Shown here in pieces: positions 25,564 to 36,900 of a stretch of DNA of 64,000 nt. Source of the stretch: Octopus sinensis (lineage: Eukaryota); NCBI RefSeq assembly GCF_006345805.1, contig NC_043009.1, forward strand, positions 26,784,001 through 26,848,000. The letters are read 5' to 3'. How positions within the stretch are numbered: position 1 is the first letter of the stretch; each line of letters starts with the position of its first letter. A program made the translations under genes and the position numbers. A model generated the notes under the pieces. It was not told the DNA's origin, searched no databases, and was given only the letters and a program-made list of their open reading frames with translations.

Positions 25564-28500
25564 ATGAAGGGTATCTTGGATTTAAGTGCAGAGGAGGCTG
25601 GAATGTCCGTTGTGGGTATTCTGACGGCAGTATCACATAATATGTTTAAGAACCGACCCGTCTATGCAGGTAAAGTATTGGAGGGAGTCGGAACCAGCGA
25701 CCCCCACCGCGATTTAGATTTCTTATTTTGTTTTTTATATGAATTCACTTTTTTGATATTGCTCTTGAAAAATGTTATTTCTTCCCTGCCACCTCTTTTT
25801 CATTTCTTTTCATTCTTCTGAAGCAAACCTATGATCAAAGACCATCCAATTGTAACCATCGTTACCGTCAAGGAAGGTCATACAGTTGACTTCGTTATAT
25901 ACAACACTGGAGGATAAATGTGTAAGATAGGTAGAGAGAAATCACTTGACAACTGGTGTTAGTTTGTTTACGTTCCCGCCAATAGCAATTCGGCATAAAA
26001 GAAGTCGATAGCATAAATACCAGACTTAAGTACTGGGTACTACCTAAGAAGAGTGGTCCCGGTGCGCGTACTCGCGCATCCACGCTCGCTAATCGTGATT
26101 AGTCGATCCTACAACGACTACCTAGCAAAGTAAATAAAACACAAAATAAATAATTTTTGTACTGTGGGACGATTTACCTTCGAAACAGGTAGAAGAATAG
26201 ATACGGGTAAATTCTTTTACACCCGTCTCCGAACTCACGGAGGAGGAATCGGTATGTTGTTACCCTCTGTGGGAGAATAGTTTTTTTTAAATTGACTTTT
26301 TTATGTTTTGCCCACAAATTCCATGCCCTTCTAGTATTTTTTTTCTTCCGCCGCTAATTATATGACCATTCCATTCTAGATGTTTAGTCAATCATATCTA
26401 CTTCACCTCGTCCATTACTAGAACCTATTCCACGCTTTCCTGGTTCCATCAGCTCATTAGCACTAGAATAAAGATCACTGTAATTTGATCTTTCAAAATA
26501 AACCGAAAAATAGCGCAGCACTTTTTTTGGAAATTAACCGAAACCCTGCTATTAAATTAATTAGAAAGGAAGTTGTTTAAACTCCTATGAGATTTGTTAA
26601 AGCAAACCTATGATCAAAGACCCTCCAATTGTAACCATCTCGTCTTTACATCAGGTAAAGGTACGTTGGACTACATTGTCCAATGTACCTTACTTGCTAG
26701 CATTCCAACCAAGTCTCCAGTTTGAAGATACTTTCCTCTTAGAGGCCATGAGAACTGCCATTCTACCTGGCCTAAAGGTAAAAAATGTCTTTTAACAATT
26801 CTAGGTCTTGCTGTAAGGAATGGTATTCTGTTGATGTTTGCATGTTTATACATTAGGGTGTTGTCTCCTGAAAGTATTAGTGAGGAGGTAATGACAGTAG
26901 GCAAGTCATTTATGTACAACAGGAATAACAATAGCCCAAATACTAAATCTTAAAGCTGTAATATTTCTCATATCATAGGGGTTACTGCAGATTTACTATC
27001 ATTCACTATTGCTTTTGGCCTTCTGCCCTTTAACCTGCTCCCTCTAATCCATTCTGGAGTTTAATTTTGTAGTGCTTGCATCCATCATCATCATTTAACA
27101 CCTACTTTTCCAAGATTGCATGAGTCAGATGGAATCTGTTGAAGCAGATTATCCAAGCAAGGTAATATTTTCTCCTTAGCTAGACATGTTTTTTCACAGG
27201 AGACTGGAAACAAACCTTGTTTGAATGATGAGGATTCTTGTTTACAACCATCTCATGATGTCTAGACAAGAGTATACACACAACAGGCTTCTTTCGGTTT
27301 CTGTCAAACAAATCCACTCACAAGGCTTTGGGCAACCTAATGCTATGATAGCTGACACTTACCTTTGGTGCTATGCAGTTGATTGAACCCACTAACCATT
27401 TTGGTAATAATTCTCTGTGGCCAGACATGTTTTCATGGAAGATTGGAAACAAAGGACACCACTTGTGTGACAGTGATGTTCCTTTACAACTATCACACAA
27501 TATCAAGGCAAAGAGACACAAATATATACATATATACACACATACACAATAAGCTTCTTTGTTTCTGTCTACCAAATTCACTCACAAGGTTTTGGTTGGC
27601 CAAGGCTATAGTAGAAAATACTTTCCCAAAGTGCCATGCAGAGGGATTGAACCCAGAACTGTATGGTTAGGAAGTGGACTTTCTGGAAGTGGTCAAATTT
27701 AGAGCCCCCTTTCTTTGTGCATGTGACATTTCTTTGTGCCAGTCTGCAAGAACGTTTGTGGTGTCTAGTGAATGTTACTTTGTCTGTTACTATTGGTGCG
27801 ATATCATTAGATAACAAGGCGGCAAGCTGGCAGACATGTTAGCATGCCGGGCGAAATGCCCAGCAGTTTTTCATCTATCTTTACATTCTGAGGTCAACTT
27901 TGCCTTTCATCCTTTTGGGAGTCGATAAATTAAGTGCCAGTTGTGAACTGGGGTTGATCTAATCGACTGGCCCCTTCCCCCAAAATTTTAGGCCTTGTGC
28001 CTAGAACAGAAAAGAATATCATTAGGTAAGTCATTCTAATAAGTTAGGGAACAATCAGGTCTGGTCCTTGGATTGTTTAGCAGGCTTAGGATTCCTTGTG
28101 TGCTCACCAGACCCATGCAAAACTGATAACAATTTTCCATATAGTTTCCGTTTACTGTTTCCACGCCCTCGACATTAGTTGGTTTAAGGTTTTAATGGTA
28201 GAAGACACTCAAAGTACAGCAGTGGGACTGAACCCGAAACTACGAGGTTGCAAAGCGAACTTTTTAACCACACAGCCATGCCTGCCCCTGAGAAAAGCTT
28301 ATTATGGCATCACATTGTCAAAGGGTTTGAAACATCACTTTGCGGGCCAAGGATATTTGCTGCAGCAGATCTGGTGACTTCATTAATCAGTTGAAACTTC
28401 AACAATTCATTTATCTCCTTGTTTAACCCTGATTGTGCAAACCTGTAATCAAAACCATTCCAGCCATAATGCACAGAGGGAGATTTGGCTGAGGTTTCTT

Positions 28501-31500
28501 CATAGGTTGGTCATTTATCTGTAGTTCTGCTTGGTCAATGAAAAATGCTGCTTTAGATTAAAACTTGGTTTATCATTTTTTTTTACTCTTTTACGTGTTT
28601 CAGTCTTTGGCCTGTGCGACCATGTTGGGGCACCACCGAGAAGGGTTTTAGTCAAACAGATTAATCCCAGTTCTTATTTTTAGGTCTGGTACTTATAAGT
28701 TGCTTTTGCCGAACTGCTAAGTTATGGGGGATCAAGCAAACTAATGGTTATTAAGTGGGGGTGTGAAGGGAAAAACAAGATCGAAGGGTCCTGTCAGTCC
28801 TATTTTTTGGGTCATTTTCCATCAACTTTAGAGAGTGTAAGTGGTGTCAAAACAGAACTAAAGAGGCCTCTCAGCCTTACTTTTTCTCTGCTTGTTTACC
28901 ATTCACTTATCGATTAATGTCCACTTTCCGTGCTGGCATGGCTTGGACAGTTTGACAGGGACTGGTCGGCTGGGGAGCTGCCCAGGTCCCACTTGTCTAT
29001 TTTGACATGCTTTCTACAACTTGATGCCCTTCCTCACCTTGACAACAACCACTTCAGTGTACTGGGTGTTTTTTATGCGGCACTGGTTTGGGAACTTTTA
29101 CATGGCACCAGCACCCACAAGAAGGAACTCTCAACTGAGGGAAGTAGGACCTACCTGTATTAATGGCCACACTTTTACTTAGCTTGACATGCTTTGTCAA
29201 GCACAGCAAACTGCCAGGAGCCTTGGTTCCTTATCATCTCCTCTGTGAGTCTTGTTTTAATTCTTTAGCATTCAGATCGTTTTGAATGAAGCATGCATTA
29301 TTTTGTAGCTTTGAGATTTTTGAAGAGGTAACTATTAATTTTTAGAATAATGATATTCTAGGGTTAGTTTCAGAGGCCAGATCTGGCCAGTTTTAACATA
29401 AAGGTAGAATATTTTGGCAGGATATGGCTGGTTTAAATGCTGAATGGTTAAAAATTGAAAAAAGGAAACATAAGCTATGATAGTTAAAGGTCTGGACTAA
29501 TCTGGGCTCACAATGGTATCATAATTCATTTTCAAAAATAATGTTTATATCAATTTTTATAGACTTAGACTTTATTTATTGCATTATCAAACAGATAAGG
29601 TAAACTGACTTGTTTGGTTCATCATTCTGTCACAGGTATCTTGTTAGGATACCTGCCTACATGTGATAACTCCCTTGGCCCTTAACAAGGGCCATACATG
29701 CAGATAAGAATAATATGCACTGCAGACTCACAAAGTAGATTGATATATACCTGATGATATAAAAATGAAGATCATGCTGTCATGGGTTGGACAGGACCTA
29801 ATGGGTCCAAGGACTGCTTCATGCTCCAGTGTCTGCTTTGGCACAGTTTCTCCTGCTGGATGCCCTTCTTAATAACCAACCACTCTAAAGCATGCACTGA
29901 TTACTTTCATTGTGCCATCTGCACTAGTGAAGTGTCCATGCAGCTTGAAAGACTGAGGGTGTTAGAGATGAAAGGGACTGAGCAGAACAGGCTTCTTGGT
30001 GTAAGGAAGCTATATGTGTGTCCACAGTTTAAAAGAGAGTATAGGGGTGACAGGGTGGAGCTTGGAAGCAGTAAAAAAAATAGTAAACTAACTATCTGTA
30101 TATATCATCATCATCACTGTTTTATGTTCATCTTCCTGGCATGAATTGGACGGTTTGACAGGAGGTGGTAAGCCAGAGGACTGCCCCAGACGCCACTGGT
30201 TGTTTTGGCATGGTTTTTTACTGCAAGATGTCCTTCCTAATGCCAACGATTTTACAGAGTGTATTGACTCCTTTTTTCTCAGGTACCATTAAAGAGAGAC
30301 ACCTTTTAATAAAATTCTATAGCACTGTAATCTCACAAAGATGCATAATATTTCTTACTCTCTTTACTCTGTTTTACCTGTTACACCCATTTGACTGCGG
30401 CCATGCTGGAACACCGCCTTTAGTTGAGCAAATCGGCCCCAGGACTTATTCTTTGTAAGCCCAGTACTTATTCTATCGGTCTCTTTTTGCCAAACTGCTA
30501 AGTGACAGGGACATAAACACACCAGCATCGGTTGTCAAGCAATGCTAGGGGGACAAACACAGACACACACACATATACAACAGGCTTCTTTGAGTTTCTG
30601 TCTACCAAATCCGCTCACAAGGCTTTGGTCAGCCTGAGGCTATAGTAGAAGACACTTGCCCAAGGTGCCACAAAGTGGGACTGAACCCGGAACCATGTGG
30701 TTGGTAAGCAAGCTACTTACCACACAGCCACTCCTGCGCCTAACGTATATCTACTTAGGTACAAACTGTAAAAATGGTAGTAAAAAAAACCTGCTACACT
30801 GTGTCAATCAGTAACAAATCTGATATTGTTTTTAACTTTTTTTTACAGGCATTCAGCGTCACATTGCTTTTGGTCTTATTGGCTTGTATCTGGGCAACTT
30901 AATTAAGAATTATCGCCTTGATTACAACCGCAGAAAGTGGATTTACATAGAGGATTATATGGCAAAACATCCAGAAAGGTTTCCTGAAGCTCGTAAGTAT
31001 TGAATTATTAAACAAAAAATTAAAATTTAAATGGTTATAATATATCAAACTTAGTATTGCATCAAATAGGTCCAGTTTTAAATTATTTTATACGAATATT
31101 AATTAATGACCATCCCAGTCATAAGTTGAATAATAAATTTGGTCAGGAAATCCAGAATGTCTGGCAAGAGTAGAAATGCAGAGTTTTATAACTGTTCACC
31201 CAATTTTGTATACTAAACAAGGGTAGACACCATTTATTGAAGCAGATTTTCTACAGCCGGATGCCCTTTCCATCACCAACCTTTACCTGTTTCCACAGAA
31301 TATTGGAAATGAATGACACTGCTTGTTGGATGGTGACAATCATTTACAAGCATCAGGCTATATCAAGACAAGGAGACACAGACACATATATATGACAAGC
31401 TTCTTTCAATCTACCAAACCCAATCCCCTGGTTGCCCTCGGGCTACAATAGAAGATGCTCATGCCCAAAGTGCCATAGAGTGGGACTGAACCTAGAACCG

Positions 31501-32734
31501 CGTGGCCTAAACCTTGTGAGTGGATTTGGTAGATAGAAACTGAAAGAAGCCTACTGTGTGTATTTGTGTAGCCATCACCTGTTGGTTGTAAATAAGCATC
31601 AGTTTCATAGTTCCTTCCCAGTTTTCTGTGAAAAATATATTACCTTGCTTGGAAACAAATGGGGTTTGGTGAAAGAAAGGGCATCTGGTCTTAGAAATCT
31701 TGCCTCAGTGTGTTCTTTCTTACTCTAGGTACCAGGCCTGAAATTTTGGGGGCGGGGGCTAGCTGATTAGATCAACCCCAGTCTGCAACTGGTACTTAAT
31801 TTATTGACCCCAAAAGGATGAAAGGCAAAACCAACCTCAGTAGAATTTGAACTCAGAACGTAAAGACAGACGGTGTGCTAACGTTTCTGCCAGCTCGCTG
31901 CCTTTGTCTCAGTATATTCTGTGAGACCCATGCAAGCATAAAGACATTGGCATTAAAAATGGTATCTTCAAACATGTTGAGCAACTAGTGGACATACCAA
32001 CATCACCACTGCTTTGCTCAAGACATTGGCCAGACCCAGGGCTATAGAGAAGACACACAAGGTACTGTTCTGTGGGACTGAACACAAACTCCCATACTTA
32101 ACAAAGAAGAGATGACAAAGAAATAAACGATTACCTCATGAACTGCCTTAGCTCACAGCTGTTTCCACTACAAATTGAGGTGGACTCATAGTTGAGTGTA
32201 TATATTAGTGACAGGTAGTATTAATAGTGAGAGGTAATATTTATTCCCACTTAAACATAAATGTTCTGTTAGAACAAGCTATACTGTGGTGGATATCATG
32301 AGGGAAACTCTCATATAGGCTTTTGATGCTGGATACATGCTTGTTTATATTGCTAGCATGGAAAACAGACATTAAACGATGATGATGACTGATGTTGGTG
32401 GCACATAAAAAGCTCCCACTACACTCTTGGAGTGTTCGGCCTTAGGAAGGACATCCAGCTGTAGAAATCTTACCAAATCAGATTGGAACCTGATGCAACT
32501 CCCCAGCTTACCAGTTTTTAGTCAAACTGTCCAACCCATGCCAACATGGAAAACGGATGTTAAATGACGATGATATTATATATAATGTAATATGGTAAAA
32601 CCTTTTCAAAAATAACATCTAGATACTGTGTTATATATTATTTAAATTGCTTTTTTTTTTTTTGTTTCAATTCTTTCATTGCAGCCAAGTTACTGTACAA
32701 AGACGTTTTGCTCCAGTGGAGACCAGTACGATAA
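25564..32734 (+). CDS. NDUFC2: NADH dehydrogenase [ubiquinone] 1 subunit C2 (B14.5b), complete, 3 exons, 99 aa
   Basis: Exons 25564-25669, 30849-30992, 32685-32734, GT-AG with matching phase 1/1: MKGILDLSAEEAGMSVVGILTAVSHNMFKNRPVYAG-IQRHIAFGLIGLYLGNLIKNYRLDYNRRKWIYIEDYMAKHPERFPEAP-KLLYKDVLLQWRPVR*. It matches the NDUFC2 pattern (N..RRP...G.HR; YM..HPE.FP....K.Y......W.P.R). AATAAA near 32800. Confidence 0.9.
26660..26960 (-). mobile_element. Degraded CR1/L2/Jockey-type LINE reverse transcriptase fragment
   Basis: FGLLLFLLYINDLPTVITSSLILSGDNT corresponds to the LGPLLFLLYINDLP...FADDT motif, with decay. Confidence 0.7.
27817..28020 (+). mobile_element. Family D tRNA-related SINE with (AAT)n-type tail
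   Basis: Head aaggcggcaagctggcagac...ttctgaggtcaac...tttgcctttcatcctttt...taagtgccagtt. Related copies at about 13475-13720, 17300-17880, 18540-18740, 31725-31905, 35340-35870, 46195-46385, 47960-48160, 53030-53420 and 56740-56930. Confidence 0.75.
30357..30741 (-). mobile_element. Full-length family A SINE in NDUFC2 intron 1
   Basis: Closely matches the reverse complement of 464-890 and ends in ...cactcctgcgcct. Confidence 0.85.
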
Positions 32735-33917
32735 ATTTTTATGCCAGACCATTTTCCTGCAGAACTAATAACTTTTATTGTATAAAGTTTAATTTAAAAT
32801 AAAATAAAAAAAGAAAGCATATGTACATTTAGAAAATTGTGTTATTTTATGAATACATTGTTTTGAGAAAACATCAAGTTTGTTTCGTGATTTTGTAAAA
32901 AAAAAAAAAAAAAAAATTCTGGGATAATTTCTTTCTTCTTTAAAAAGAAGGGATTTCAATCACTCATCAGTCAAGAGTCACATTTATGTTTCACATTCAT
33001 ACCAACTCACACTGTGACAAATGTATTGAAGGTTTCCATATTTTGTTTAGAGAAAATATGGAGGGCCTTGTGCACTATTTTGAATGGAAAGTAAGTGTTA
33101 CAGGAACTAGAGGTGTCTCAGTTATCTTCCTCCATCTGTTGAGAACTTCTCCGGTTTTGACGCTGTGGAAACAAGAAAAAGATAGATAGATGAAAATGTC
33201 AAAAATAATGATTTGTTATAGGACTACAAACAAGGATTAGGTAAATCTAACCAAAAAGACCCTGGCATATAGGTCAGATCAGGTCTGGGGGTGTGTGCTG
33301 TTGTAGCACTTTGTTGCATTCCCCATTTGTTTTGCTCAGGGTTGTCCTGGGCAACAAAGCAGTATCCCAGTCAGTCCCGTTTGCGAGACATTTCACCTAC
33401 TCTGACCAAGAGACATGTGGCCAACCAACACGAACTACCACCCAAGCTGCGTCCTCAGAGAAAAGAACACAATACACAAGATCCAATTCAGAAAATTTGT
33501 TTTGTCAGGTTTTCCAGAATATACAAACCTGTTAATTATTAGACCAACCCACAAAAGAATGGAAGGCAAAAGGGATACAAATGGGGTTGGAACTGTGAAG
33601 GGGCAAAAATTAAGTAATGTAAAATAGTTTCCCAGCATTTTAACCTTTGTGCTAAAACAATAATTTCTTACAAAGAACAAAACAAATTAAATGTGATGCT
33701 GTCTGTATGTTGCAAAAGATGTGCCATAGTAGTTCCATGTCATGCACACAGAGACAATATTTTAAAGGTAGGGAACAGTTAATTAATCTGATTTCAATAA
33801 TTGATTGGTTTTTGTTATTGACAAGCCCCAGGAAGAAGAACTTTGATGTAACATGAAACATGCTTATGCTTTATGTATGTTTTAATATCAAACTACAGGC
33901 TAGTGTAAACATTATAT

Positions 33918-36900
33918 TTATGAAGCAGTATTCTAAAACTGAAGTATTTCAGATTGTTTTCTTTTTCCTCTTGTCTCAACTAACCTCGATACAACCTACC
34001 CCAGACAGGCAAATATATAAACACAGTGAACTTACAGAACGGATTGGTGTATAGCCAACTTTCAGCTTTCCAAATCTCGGTTGTTTTTTGCTACTCTGCT
34101 CTATGGTCTCTGTACAATCAACATTTGGGCTGATGGGATATAATACTGTGGTCAAATCACCTGCAGGTGTTTTAATCAAAAGAAAAATAAATAAATAAGA
34201 TTATAACTTCTTCAAAAATTGTACACTAACTCACAAGGCAAATCAATTATTGAGACAAAGGGCAAATGTTGGGAACTAAAACAAAAATAGAAGTCTTAAA
34301 GAACTCATCAAAAGTACTTGCAGTTATTTAATCCTTTCATTATTATATTTCTAAAATATTCCTGAATTTAGATTGGCTTCACAAAACTAAAACTTTCATT
34401 TTTACAGCTATCTATGAATGGTTGTATATACAATGCTGGCAGGCAAGTTATCTTGGACAAAATCTTACTATATCTTGCAAATGGCTGTTTTAACTGAGTA
34501 CTGCTTCAGTTGCATGTACTGGATTATTTATTCAGCTCAGCAGCTATTTGCATTTGTTTCCTCTATCAGAGGTGACAAATCTCATCTAGGTATGTGACCA
34601 GTTGCGAGTACACATCATTGACAAGGTCCAAGAAGGCTGAAGTGCATCTGGCATCCTCACTAACCACTGCTAAGTTTTCATGTGTACAAGAATTTATTTC
34701 AGACAAGACAGACAGTAATTTCCCTTCCAGTGGTGTATATACAAAGTATGATACATAGATGACTAATGGAACTGGATACTGCTTCAATTTAGTACACCAG
34801 GTTTTTTTTTTATGCATTATTTATTAAATGAATTAAAGTGGCATTTGGAAAACTTACTGGGTTCTACAATGTGTCTCTTAGAGAAATTTTCTGAAATGAA
34901 ATAATACAATTAGTGCTGTTCCACATTTCTATATACATTATGTTATATATACCAGTATGTTAATCCAAAGTTGTTTCAAGTGTATCATCATTATTTAGCA
35001 TCTGTTGTCCATGCTGGGATGAGCTGGCACGCAAGAAGGCTGCACCAGGATCCAGTCTGATTTGGCATGGTTTTCTACGGCTGGATGCCCTTTCCTAACA
35101 CCAACAACCCCGAGAGTGTAATGGGTGCTTTTACGTGCCATTTGCATGATACCAGTATCTGCCACGACTGCGATTCTGCTCGGCTTGATGGGTCTTCTCA
35201 AGCACGACATGCCTATATGAATTTAATTCTAACCTGGACAGGCTTTCACACAAATCATTAGATGTTTTGTTTAAAGATTTCTATATTGAGACACACATTT
35301 TTTGACTTAGCTCAGAACATCCAGGGTTTTTGTCATTGGGGATACGAAATCAGATTGAAACCTCAATTACCCCAGTGTTCAAGTGGTACTTATTAAATAA
35401 GTGCTTACACCCAGAAAGATGAATGGTGAACTCTAGAGAGGTTTGAACCTCATAGATAATAGAAAGGAAATGTAAAACAATAATGTTTCTGATTTAGACG
35501 CAAGACCTGCAACTTTAAAGGGAGGGATTAAGTTGATACCATCAACCCCAGTACTTGACTAGTGCTTTATTTTATTAACCATGGAGGGGTGAAAAGCAAA
35601 CATGACCATGGCAGGATTTGAACTCAGTATAGCATTGGAAGAAATACAAAGCCTTTATTCTTTTCTACTCTAGGCACAAAGCCTGAAATTTGGGGGGAGG
35701 GGGCTAGTCGATTAGATCGACTCCAGTATGCAACTGGTACTTAATTTATTGACCCCAAAAGGATGGTAGGCAAAGCTGAGCTCGTTGGAATTTGAACTCA
35801 GAATGGAAAGACAGACGAACTACCGCTAAGCATTTTGCCTGGCATGCTAATGATTCTGCCAGCTCGCTGCCTTATACAAAGCCTTTATTCCAAGATTCAA
35901 ACAATTCTGCCAGCACAACGATGTCTAACAGTGGCCCCAATGCCACAAATCTTGGAAAGTTGATTTAAATTAACTCCTGTACTTCACTGCTACTTATTTT
36001 GAAGAACCAAACAGCAAAGCTATGGGTACCCCCAATTACAATTGCAATAAAGTCTTCACTCACTCGAGCAGTTCTCCTCCTCCTCTGTAACAGAATCTGC
36101 AAATGCAACAGACTTTGGTCTTTTCATACTTTTCCTACAGCAAAGAGAAAAAGAAAAGATAAGAACATTATTGAAATATCATCACTTTTTGTGTTCATTT
36201 TTCTTCTCTTCCAATACATGTTTAACAAATATGAAATACTAGCAGTATCGCCCGGCGTTGCTCGGATTTGTAAGGGAAATAACTATAAAGCATTTTTAGA
36301 GAGTTATAGCCCAAAAATATAAAAAAAATGCGTTAAAAATGGAAAAAAAACTATGGTAAATTTTTTTTTTAATCGTTGACTCATCGTAGACATTTTTAGA
36401 GAGTTACTTCCCTTATATAATAGCGAAAAATGCATTAAAATGGAAAAAAATTATGGCAAATTATTTTTTAAATCGTAGACTCATCATAGACGTGCGCTAA
36501 TACCAAAAGGGCTCGATATGAATCACGACTATAAGATACCCGCTTTTGGTTACACTGCACCGCAAAATGTGGGAGTAGTTAGGAATCTAAATCGTAGGAG
36601 ACAGACACACAACTTGACTTTTATATATAAAGATATAATCTACCTTTGGATCTGGCTCCTATGTTATTTTATCTGAGACCAAATTATCAACATCTCGTCT
36701 TTCCAGATTTATCTTTGGTATGACCATATTCTATCTGCACTTCAATAGAAGTACACGTCACACAACACAACACACATATATATGAACTGATTGTGGACAA
36801 TGCTGCATGGCATTCAGTTAAAAATAAGTCCAGGACATCACCAATGAGTGAAAAATACATAAACACACGAGAGATAAGTACAAGACAAAATACCTAAAGA

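Noticed and set aside
32760-32920. Overlapping 3'UTRs of NDUFC2 and DLGAP5
   Set aside because: A minus-strand AATAAA exists at about 32775, but a nearer ATTAAA at about 33880 explains the DLGAP5 3' end; there is no evidence for overlap without RNA data.
34200-34817. ORF 34566..34817 (LEGKLLSVLSEINS...YLDEICHL) as an extra DLGAP5 exon
   Set aside because: The acceptor is weak, and exon 34160-34036 already continues the frame. Neighbouring frames are full of stops and loosely resemble a degraded hAT transposase.
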